Assembly (NCBI GenBank): GCA_019057795.1
Contig: JAHLWS010000045.1
Coordinates: forward strand, 1 to 24,785
Source of the DNA: Promethearchaeota archaeon
GTDB taxonomy: Archaea; Asgardarchaeota; Lokiarchaeia; Sigyniarchaeales; SOKP01
Direction of reading: 5' to 3'
DNA length: 24,785 nt
Made by a program: the position numbers and the translations under genes
Shown: positions 16,837 to 24,785 of the stretch, piece after piece
Layout of the letters: every line of letters begins with the position of its first letter
Position numbering within the stretch: position 1 is the first letter of the stretch
The notes under the pieces: model-generated
What the model saw: only the letters and a program-made list of their open reading frames with translations
What the model was told of the DNA's origin: nothing
The model's database searches: none

Positions 16837-17877
16837 TTAATTATTTAGTTTTTTTATAAGATTTAAATCAATTCTTTTTGATAATAACTTCTCGTTACTT
16901 ACTTCATCTATAATAAAGAAGATGTACTCATCAATGTGGGGGATAATGGGCGAGATAAATACCAATTCCTCTTCAGCATACCAAGAATCAATCAATTCAA
17001 TCATAATTTCTTTTTCGAAATATTCTCTAAGGTGAGTAATTTTTACAACTAACCCTTTCATTTCATTCAGGGAATTATTTTGGACTAATATCTCTAATTC
17101 TTGGCTATCTTCCGTTATATTGATTTTAAGTAATATAAAGGGCTTCTTGTCAATAAAATTTAACTCTCCTTTTTTGTTAGGGTCAAATAATTGAATACTT
17201 GAGAAAGAATCTTTGTAATCTTCACTATGTATATGCGATACATCTATCCCTTTAAACGCCAAATATGCAATCGCTTTTTGCATTCTTATTGAACTAGCGT
17301 CAGCTTTTTTAATTACAGTAGAGAAAAAATGATCCGTCGTGTTATCAATCAGTTCCCTTAATTTTTTCTTAATTTTATCACCCGCTTGGATAACCTTCTT
17401 AGTTTTAGGAGATTTAATTACATCATCCTTCAATATCTCAGATTCAATAATTTGAAAGATATTTTTTTCAAAATTATCTTTTATATCTTGAGTTAAATGT
17501 CTAATGAGGTCATCTCCAAAAAGTTCAATATTGTTTGGTAACGACACTATAATCACGATATTCTCAGGCGTTTCCCCTGTGAGTCCAGCTCTTCTTTTTT
17601 CTCTTCGAGAGTAAGCCCTAAATTTTTTACCAAAAAAAGTATAGCCTTTAAATTCCAAGTCTATGTGGTCTAAAGCGTCAGACTCGTTTATATTTAAAAA
17701 CCAAATAGGGTGATACCTAATCGGGCGCATAAATGTCTTATCGTCTTTATATCGGTCATCCGGGTAGATTAATAACGGCATGTGACCACGAGCTTCGTCA
17801 AAATATAGGACATAAACTACGGTTAATTCCTCGAAAGGATTTTTTTCAGATGACGACGGTCCAAATAATTCAGCCAC
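16837..17877 (-). CDS. Hypothetical protein with N-terminal longin/uDENN-like domain
   Basis: VVYVLYFDEARGHMPLLIYP resembles the 'FD...G......YP' opening of uDENN/longin domains; C-terminal beta-rich region; 346 aa. Confidence 0.5.
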   Translation of the reverse strand: MAELFGPSSSEKNPFEELTVVYVLYFDEARGHMPLLIYPDDRYKDDKTFMRPIRYHPIWFLNINESDALDHIDLEFKGYTFFGKKFRAYSRREKRRAGLTGETPENIVIIVSLPNNIELFGDDLIRHLTQDIKDNFEKNIFQIIESEILKDDVIKSPKTKKVIQAGDKIKKKLRELIDNTTDHFFSTVIKKADASSIRMQKAIAYLAFKGIDVSHIHSEDYKDSFSSIQLFDPNKKGELNFIDKKPFILLKINITEDSQELEILVQNNSLNEMKGLVVKITHLREYFEKEIMIELIDSWYAEEELVFISPIIPHIDEYIFFIIDEVSNEKLLSKRIDLNLIKKLNN

Positions 17878-17993
17878 GAGTGAACCCGTTTAAGCAGTTA
17901 ATTTATAATACAATAGAATTAAATAATACTTTGTCTAAAAGTTTAATTGAAATATATATATTATTTATTATAACATTTTTGATGTGAGTTCTT

Positions 17994-19079
17994 ATGCAAA
18001 TAACAGATGTTAAAACATATGTTTTACAATTAGATTTTAAAATTAAAATTGGCTCGATGCCCGCATTAAAAGCCACCGGATTATATCTGAACATTAAAAC
18101 AGACGAAGATATCGACGGATGGGCTTTATCTCACTGGAACTTAAGTAATATAGCTCATAAACAATTTATCGATGAGGCACTTAAGCGATTATTACTAAAA
18201 AAAGATCCGTTTATGACTGAGCGAATTTACAACACAATATATCATTCGAGCAATCGAATAATGTTTGGCATACCTCAAGCAACTAGCGCCATTCAAGTAG
18301 CGTTATGGGACATTATTGGAAAAGCAACGAAGCAACCTATATATAAGTTGTTGGGAGGGATGAAAAGAGAAGTAAGAGCATACGGGTCTATGCCACGGGG
18401 TTACAAACCTAAAGCTGCTGTTGGAGCTGTGCAAGCCGCTATTGATTTGAACGGCTTCAAGGCTGTAAAGTTACGAATTGGAAAGAGTTTAAAAAGCGAT
18501 GAAGCGATCATAAAAGAAGTTAGGGACGCTTTTCCCGATATAGATATTATGGTGGACGTGAACTCGGGATATACAACGGTTAGAGACGCGTTGAAAGTCG
18601 CGCATATTTGCGATAAATACAATGTGGCTTGGTTAGAGGAACCTTTACCTTCCGATAATTTGAACGGTCTCGCTATTTTACGCAATAAATCTCCCGTGGA
18701 AATAGCAGGAGGAGAAAACGATATGGGTACTTTCAGGTTTGAGGATATTCTATCAAAGGGAAGCTACGATATAGTGCAACCTGATGTTACTCGTAGCGGT
18801 GGTTATTTACAACTGAAAAAGATTGACGCGATGGCAGAAGTAAAAGGAGTGCGCTGCATACCCCATATATTCGGGTTCGGCCATATACTGGCTGCTAATC
18901 TTCATTTTATTATGGCTTCGCGTTGCGATTGGTGTGAATTTCCATTTATTCCAGACGAGTATCAAATACTTGAAGAACCAATAAAGTGCGAAAAGGGAAA
19001 AGTTAAAGCGTTAGGTAAACCTGGTTTGGGCATTGAAATCAATCGAAAGATGTTTGAGGAAAATGTTCTTAAAATATAG
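17994..19079 (+). CDS. Mandelate racemase/muconate lactonizing enzyme family protein (enolase superfamily)
   Basis: ALWDIIGK...PIYKLLGG, KAVKLR, metal ligands in MVDVN, WLEEP and GGEN, QPD, PH, PGLGIE. Confidence 0.92.
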   Translation: MQITDVKTYVLQLDFKIKIGSMPALKATGLYLNIKTDEDIDGWALSHWNLSNIAHKQFIDEALKRLLLKKDPFMTERIYNTIYHSSNRIMFGIPQATSAIQVALWDIIGKATKQPIYKLLGGMKREVRAYGSMPRGYKPKAAVGAVQAAIDLNGFKAVKLRIGKSLKSDEAIIKEVRDAFPDIDIMVDVNSGYTTVRDALKVAHICDKYNVAWLEEPLPSDNLNGLAILRNKSPVEIAGGENDMGTFRFEDILSKGSYDIVQPDVTRSGGYLQLKKIDAMAEVKGVRCIPHIFGFGHILAANLHFIMASRCDWCEFPFIPDEYQILEEPIKCEKGKVKALGKPGLGIEINRKMFEENVLKI

Positions 19080-19124
19080 TTTTTTTAGGTTAGATTAATA
19101 ATCAAAGTAAAACAAGGTGAGCTA

Positions 19125-20270
19125 ATGAAACCTATTACAGAAGAAAAATTCGAATCTATTTTAAAATTTTTAGAAGAAAAGAAAATCGATGTTCTAATGA
19201 TAACTGATTACGAAAACAGTAGGAATGTTAACTTGCAATATCTTTCTGGTCATCCTACCGACGCAACGATATTAATAAATTCAAGTGGAGAATCGATCTT
19301 AATACCTTGGGATGTGTCGTTAGCAGAAAAACATTCTGAGGTTGATGAAATTATAAATCCAGCTAATTTTAGCTTCAATATATTTTTAGCAATGAAAGAA
19401 TTATTTGAAAATCGCTGGAAAAAGTCATCCATTACGGTCGGAGTCCATTCAATGACTACTTATGGCTTCATTGTAAAAATGAAAGCAATTATACCCGGAA
19501 TTAAGTATTTTGAAGAACCTATCCAAATAAAGCAAGTTTTCGACAAAGTAAGGGCAACCAAAACTGAATTTGAGATTAAGAAATTATTAAAAGCAGCGCA
19601 AATTGGAACAAGAACTATCAGAGATATCCAAGATTTCTGTATAAATACTCCTGATGGTACAGAGAAAGATTTATCGTTTATAGTTAGAAAAAAAATAGCA
19701 GATTATGGTGGTGATGATGTTGCTTTTGAACCTCTTGTTGCAAATTCATCACGCGCTCATGAAATTCACCAATATCCTTTTGCTAGTGATCAGAGATTTG
19801 GATTACCAGGATTAGCTTTAATCGATTTTGGAGTAAAATATCAGGGATACAACTCTGATATTACTGTACCGATTAGTTTTGGCAAATTATCAGACGAACA
19901 GAATAAGATGCGTGAGTTAGCAATCAAGTCTTATGAAGCAGCAATAGAAATTATCGATATAGATGTTCCTTTATGGAAGATTCATGATACTGCGGAACAA
20001 ATGCTTAAGAAAGGGAGCTATTCTATGCCCTATTCTTTGGGCCATGGTTTAGGGTTAACTGTCCACGATTCTCCATCTATAAGTCGAAAGCCTACGGATG
20101 AGTATTCAAAAAAACATTGGAAAGAAGAAACAATTCAAGATGGAATGGTATTTGCTATTGAACCTGGAGCCTATAAGCAAGGGTTAGGAGGCCAAAGACT
20201 TGAGAACGATTTCTTAATTCGGAATGGCAAGGTAGAAATTATTACTAACTCAGAACCTTTGAATTTTTAA
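19125..20270 (+). CDS. Xaa-Pro aminopeptidase/dipeptidase (M24B)
   Basis: IDFG...GYNSDIT, GHGLGLTVHD, AIEPG, RLEND metal-binding motifs; AGGTGA RBS. Confidence 0.92.
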   Translation: MKPITEEKFESILKFLEEKKIDVLMITDYENSRNVNLQYLSGHPTDATILINSSGESILIPWDVSLAEKHSEVDEIINPANFSFNIFLAMKELFENRWKKSSITVGVHSMTTYGFIVKMKAIIPGIKYFEEPIQIKQVFDKVRATKTEFEIKKLLKAAQIGTRTIRDIQDFCINTPDGTEKDLSFIVRKKIADYGGDDVAFEPLVANSSRAHEIHQYPFASDQRFGLPGLALIDFGVKYQGYNSDITVPISFGKLSDEQNKMRELAIKSYEAAIEIIDIDVPLWKIHDTAEQMLKKGSYSMPYSLGHGLGLTVHDSPSISRKPTDEYSKKHWKEETIQDGMVFAIEPGAYKQGLGGQRLENDFLIRNGKVEIITNSEPLNF

Positions 20271-20462
20271 AAATTTTTATTATAAATTATACTTTATTTC
20301 GATTACTAGTAAAAGTTTTGGGCATTTTTGACGAAAATAATATAAATTTTAATCTAATTTTACATTAAATACATCGAGGTTTAAAATATACAAGCATTAA
20401 ATATTAGAAAATCTATAAACAAAAATCTTTAATTATTCTTTGATTTGGAGCCCTATTGATTC

Positions 20463-23400
20463 ATGAAACTTGCTAATAAACTCGAATTAGTTTATATTCC
20501 CGCATCATATTGGAATGAGCCATTAAGTGGGTTTGAATTAATTTCTAAAGGAAAAAAACTTCCTAGAAATTCTAGTTTTTTTCTATTGTGGAATCCAACA
20601 AATCCATCAGAAAAGGAGCTTACTGAGCGTATTAGGCTCAGTTTTCCAACTATTCCTGCAAATAAGCTATTGACTTGTAAGATCAACTTTGCGGTTCCGG
20701 TACAGTCATTAAAAACTGATAATGATATGATATCTTCCACGAAATTTTTTGAAGTATCGTCATTCATTGGAAAAATCATGCCTATTGCACCTACTGTCAA
20801 ATTACTATTTCAATTGGAAATAATTGACAGTCAAGATCGAGGCATGAAGCGTTTTAGTAATTCAATTAAGACGTGGGCGTTTTTAACAAAATTAATATTT
20901 GAACTGTTAAACAATGGAAAATTCATCCCCATTTTAGAACCAATTACAAGAGAAAGATATAATGGCCAATGGCGCTTATTACTAAACTCTCAAAAGGATA
21001 AAAATCGTTTTAAAACGATCTTAAATAATAGTTCTTGGCCTGCTTTTTGTCTTCCTATAAATTTCATTCGAGTAAATGGAGCAATTAAATCAGATGGTCT
21101 TTGGCACCCATCCTATGTTTTTTCAATCTTCATGGATAATATAGGAGATTATTTAATACGTTCTACGCTTAATAAAAGTGATTTTCAAACTTTTAAAGAA
21201 TTTTATAGTACAGAAATTAAAAAGGAAACAGATCCAGACTTTATATTGGGTTGGGATTACAAATTTCTTAAAGCTCTCGTCAAAAAAGATCCTAGTTTCA
21301 AAGTAGAAGAATTTTATGAGACTATTTTACCAACTTTAGTAAAGAATTGGACCCAAACAGCCCAAGGATTTACGCTAAAGCACGGTTTTACTTTCAGTTT
21401 GGAATTGAAATACCCTAAAAAACCAGAAGATGATTGGCCATTTTTATTTTACCTTTCTTTACAAGACGGGGCAAATTCCATTCCTTTAAATGAACTCTGG
21501 GAAGGTAGTAGCTTTAAAAAAAAAGAATTTCAAAAATTTTTTCAAAACGATGGACAATTTTTAGAAATAATTCTAAGAGCTTTGGGTGCAGCATCAAAGA
21601 TATTCCCACCAATTAAAAGAGCTCTATTAGAAACCATACAAGGCGAGATTAAACTTACTTCCAGAGAGGTAATGGATTTTTTAAAATATCCAAAAGATTT
21701 ATTGATTCAAAGTGGATTTAATATTGTTCTTCCTGATGTGTTTAGGAGGGGCGGAAAACAACGTTTATCAGCAAAGCTAATTATTCGTTCAAAAAATGAA
21801 AAAAAGCTAAGAAAAGGGACATACTCGGTTTTACCATCAATATTTGATCTAAATTCAATGCTAGAATCTAAATGGGAGGTTACACTTGAAGGGAAAAAGA
21901 TTTCGGATGAGAAATTCGATAGTTTGATTAACTCCAACGCTCCATTAATTAACTTAAGTGGAAAATGGATCTTAGTTGATCAGCAAAATATTGAAGATTT
22001 AAAGAGAATTAAGGATTCTGAAATGAAAAGTTACATGGATGCTCTAAAACTTGGATTAACGGGAAATATTCAACTACAAGAAAACGGTATGAAGTATGAG
22101 GTAATAATCGAAGGAGAATTAAGCGAGATTATTGAAAAATTACAATCAGTAGAATCATTTGAGGAAATTCCTTGTCCTTCATCGTTTAATGGAATCCTGC
22201 GTCTTTATCAGCAGGATGGGCTGACATGGATGGCAAACATGGCAAGATTCAACTTTGGATTGTGTTTAGCTGACGATATGGGGCTTGGAAAGACGATCCA
22301 AGTCATTGCGTTTTTAAGTTATCTTAAAGCTCAATTCCCTAATAATCTGGGAAGTGCATTAATTATATGCCCTACCTCAATATTATTTAATTGGCACCGT
22401 GAGTTAAAGAAGTTTGCTCCTGATTTAGATGTAGTACTTCACCATGGAGCCAAGCGAATTACAGAAGCGTCAGGAATTTCTGAGTTTTTAAAACCACATC
22501 GAATTTTTTTAACGTCTTATGGGACTATTAGAAATGATATTGACTTTTTAGAAACAATTGAATTTAGCGGAATCATCGTCGACGAAAGTCAAAACATGAA
22601 AAATTACGCTTCCAAACAAACTAAAGCAATAAATAAGCTAAAAAGTCAATTTAGAATTTGTTTGAGCGGTACTCCAATAGAGAATCGATTAATTGAGCTT
22701 TGGTCGCTTTTTAATTTCTTAAATCCCGGTTTATTAGGAAGCAGGGTGGAATTTCAAAAGAAGTATGTCTTGCCAATAGAACGTTTTCAAAATCAAGATA
22801 TAATAAATAATTTAAAGTTAATTATTGCTCCCTTTATCATGCGCCGCGTTAAATCAGACAAATCCATTATTAATGATTTACCTGAAAAAAATGAAATGAA
22901 AATAATTATCGAATTGACCGAGGAGCAAGTTAAACTCTACCAAGAACTTGTAGAAAACACATTGAAAGAGATTGAAACCTTGTCAACAGATAAGAGAAAG
23001 AAGAAAGGGTTAATATTAGCCTTATTAGTAAAATTAAAGCAGATATGTAATCATCCTTCTCAATATCTTAAAATCGATATATCATCGATAAATCTGGATG
23101 AAAAAATGGAGGAAATTGTCTCTCAATCACAAAAATTAGAGAGAATATTAGAAATGACTGATGAAGTCATCTCAAATGGAGAAAAAGTCTTGATTTTCAC
23201 TCAGTTCACGCAAATGGGAAATATCTTACAAAAAGTTCTTGAACACAAGTATAAATTCAAGATTCTTTACTTTCATGGGGGCGTACAAGAAAAGAAAAGA
23301 AAGGAAATTGTTGACGATTTTCAATCAGAAAATATTGAAAGCCCTCCAATATTAATTCTGTCTCTAAAAGCGGGTGGAACTGGCTTAAACTTGACCCAAG

Positions 23401-23660
23401 GAACTACAGTTATCCATTTTGATAGGTGGTGGAACCCCGCAGTTGAGGACCAGGCAACGGATAGGGCTTATCGAATTGGTCAAAAATCAGTGGTAAATGT
23501 TTATAAATTCATTTCTAAAGGAACTATTGAAGAAAAAATCGATTATTTATTAGAAGAAAAGCGAGATCTAGCAGATAAAATTGTTACATCCACAGGAGAG
23601 TCTTGGGTTTCAAATTTAGATGATGAAAAATTAAAGAAATTGTTATTATTAAGTAATTAA
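20463..23660 (+). CDS. SNF2-family helicase/ATPase
   Basis: LADDMGLGKT, DESQNMKN, LSGTPIENR, LKQICNHP, SLKAGGTGLNLT, WWNPAVEDQATDRAYRIGQ. Confidence 0.95.
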   Translation: MKLANKLELVYIPASYWNEPLSGFELISKGKKLPRNSSFFLLWNPTNPSEKELTERIRLSFPTIPANKLLTCKINFAVPVQSLKTDNDMISSTKFFEVSSFIGKIMPIAPTVKLLFQLEIIDSQDRGMKRFSNSIKTWAFLTKLIFELLNNGKFIPILEPITRERYNGQWRLLLNSQKDKNRFKTILNNSSWPAFCLPINFIRVNGAIKSDGLWHPSYVFSIFMDNIGDYLIRSTLNKSDFQTFKEFYSTEIKKETDPDFILGWDYKFLKALVKKDPSFKVEEFYETILPTLVKNWTQTAQGFTLKHGFTFSLELKYPKKPEDDWPFLFYLSLQDGANSIPLNELWEGSSFKKKEFQKFFQNDGQFLEIILRALGAASKIFPPIKRALLETIQGEIKLTSREVMDFLKYPKDLLIQSGFNIVLPDVFRRGGKQRLSAKLIIRSKNEKKLRKGTYSVLPSIFDLNSMLESKWEVTLEGKKISDEKFDSLINSNAPLINLSGKWILVDQQNIEDLKRIKDSEMKSYMDALKLGLTGNIQLQENGMKYEVIIEGELSEIIEKLQSVESFEEIPCPSSFNGILRLYQQDGLTWMANMARFNFGLCLADDMGLGKTIQVIAFLSYLKAQFPNNLGSALIICPTSILFNWHRELKKFAPDLDVVLHHGAKRITEASGISEFLKPHRIFLTSYGTIRNDIDFLETIEFSGIIVDESQNMKNYASKQTKAINKLKSQFRICLSGTPIENRLIELWSLFNFLNPGLLGSRVEFQKKYVLPIERFQNQDIINNLKLIIAPFIMRRVKSDKSIINDLPEKNEMKIIIELTEEQVKLYQELVENTLKEIETLSTDKRKKKGLILALLVKLKQICNHPSQYLKIDISSINLDEKMEEIVSQSQKLERILEMTDEVISNGEKVLIFTQFTQMGNILQKVLEHKYKFKILYFHGGVQEKKRKEIVDDFQSENIESPPILILSLKAGGTGLNLTQGTTVIHFDRWWNPAVEDQATDRAYRIGQKSVVNVYKFISKGTIEEKIDYLLEEKRDLADKIVTSTGESWVSNLDDEKLKKLLLLSN

Positions 23661-23669
23661 AAACTAGAA

Positions 23670-24623
23670 GTGATAAAAATAGACAATCGTAGAAAAGAAT
23701 TCATGGAGAATCGTCGTAGTAGGCGTAAAGGCCCTGATAAGCCCCAAAGAAAGAGCGAATACGAGAAAGAACGCACTCGTGAAGAAGTTGAACAAATTAA
23801 AAAAAATCTCATAAATTTTGCCAAAACTTCTTGGGGTAAGCAGTGGATTCAATCAAATTTAAAAGTAGGGCGGCCATTTAGAATGCAAAGGGGAATTGAA
23901 TATGTTAAAGACGAAAGACGAATTGAGAACCTTTCTATTAGTACAGGTCAAATCTTCGCAACCGTACAAGGTACTGCTCCAACGCCATATAGAGTGAAAA
24001 TAAATTTTGAACCTATCCTCGAAGAAGGATGGAAAATTCTACTTAAAGAACTAGCAAAAAAAACCATCAATCTAATAGAATTATTAGAAGGCTTCTTACC
24101 AGAGGATATAATTACTATTTTTGATGAGAATGGATATTCGCTATTTCTAAATGCTTCAAAAGGCTTAAATGCAACTTGTTCCTGTCCCGATACGGCAATT
24201 CCATGCAAACACATTGCTGCTGTAATTCTATATATCGCCCGCGTTTTGGATTATAATCCTTTTTTACTGTTAGAATTACGAGGTAAATCTAAAAGTGAAA
24301 TTCTCAACGAATTAAGTTTAGGGCAAGGAGTAAAAAGCAAAAATGAATTAGAAAAAGTTTCTACTACAAGTAATATTGAATTTAAATTTAACGTTCCAAA
24401 AATCTCTATTGTAGAATTATCAAGCGAACAAAAAAAATCAGACACAGATATTGATGATTATAATATTGGGTTTACATTTAGAAAGCCTGGAAAAATCATA
24501 GAAACTTTAGAAAATCTAGGCGTTCCTCAAAATATTGAAAATAAGGCTTTTGAGATCGTATTAAGAGCAATTTATCGTAAAATTACATCAAAAATACATG
24601 ACATATCTTTAGAACTAAGTTAA
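23670..24623 (+). CDS. SWIM zinc-finger protein (partner of the SNF2 helicase)
   Basis: CSCPD...PCKHIAA SWIM motif, WG..W, A.VQGT...PY.V, PFLLLELRG; 9 bp downstream of the SNF2 gene. Confidence 0.9.
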   Translation: MIKIDNRRKEFMENRRSRRKGPDKPQRKSEYEKERTREEVEQIKKNLINFAKTSWGKQWIQSNLKVGRPFRMQRGIEYVKDERRIENLSISTGQIFATVQGTAPTPYRVKINFEPILEEGWKILLKELAKKTINLIELLEGFLPEDIITIFDENGYSLFLNASKGLNATCSCPDTAIPCKHIAAVILYIARVLDYNPFLLLELRGKSKSEILNELSLGQGVKSKNELEKVSTTSNIEFKFNVPKISIVELSSEQKKSDTDIDDYNIGFTFRKPGKIIETLENLGVPQNIENKAFEIVLRAIYRKITSKIHDISLELS

Positions 24624-24785
24624 TGAAAAGAATTGAAAAAAAAATATGAGGCTGCAAGTTCATCTCAGTCCAGCTTGTAAACGCTTGTAGGTGGCGACAA
24701 AATGACCATAACCTTAAAATACGCGTTTATCCTATCTAATAATATGAGATATAAAACAAATTCTGAAGAATACGAGACGATTCGG

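Noticed and set aside
20463-24623. SNF2 + SWIM pair as a novel defence system
   Set aside because: This is a widespread, known gene pair in bacteria and archaea, and no accompanying nuclease or methylase is visible here.
1-24785. CRISPR array, tRNA or rRNA genes
   Set aside because: No regularly spaced repeats, cloverleaf or rRNA-like segments were recognised.

Overview
AT-rich archaeal chromosomal window, most consistent with Asgard archaea (Lokiarchaeia-like). This is inferred from GAGGTGA ribosome-binding sites, oligo-T terminators, a longin/uDENN-like protein and the gene families present. The left part holds an ABC-2 transporter pair, membrane and surface proteins, an antitoxin with a broken PIN toxin, a 4Fe-4S protein and two tandem TIGR04076-like genes. 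A debris zone (8.2-9.2 kb) contains a thiolase-paralog scrap, an ATC-hydrolase-like fragment and a LAGLIDADG scrap. It is followed by a complete 1779-bp IS (32-bp terminal inverted repeats, 8-bp A-tract duplication) and a GC-richer hydrolase/PKD-like gene. The right part has an HMG-CoA-synthase-like/DUF35 fusion plus SCP2-type thiolase operon, a GNAT, a uDENN/longin-like protein, an enolase-superfamily enzyme, an M24 peptidase and a SNF2 + SWIM pair. Main finding: the thiolase that looks 'split' is interrupted by two tiny hairpin insertions (29 nt at 14366-14394 and 31 nt at 14275-14305). Each folds into a bulge-helix-bulge-like motif, and cutting after the second nucleotide of each 3-nt bulge restores one continuous 396-aa thiolase. 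These are candidate tRNA-endonuclease-type introns in a metabolic mRNA.
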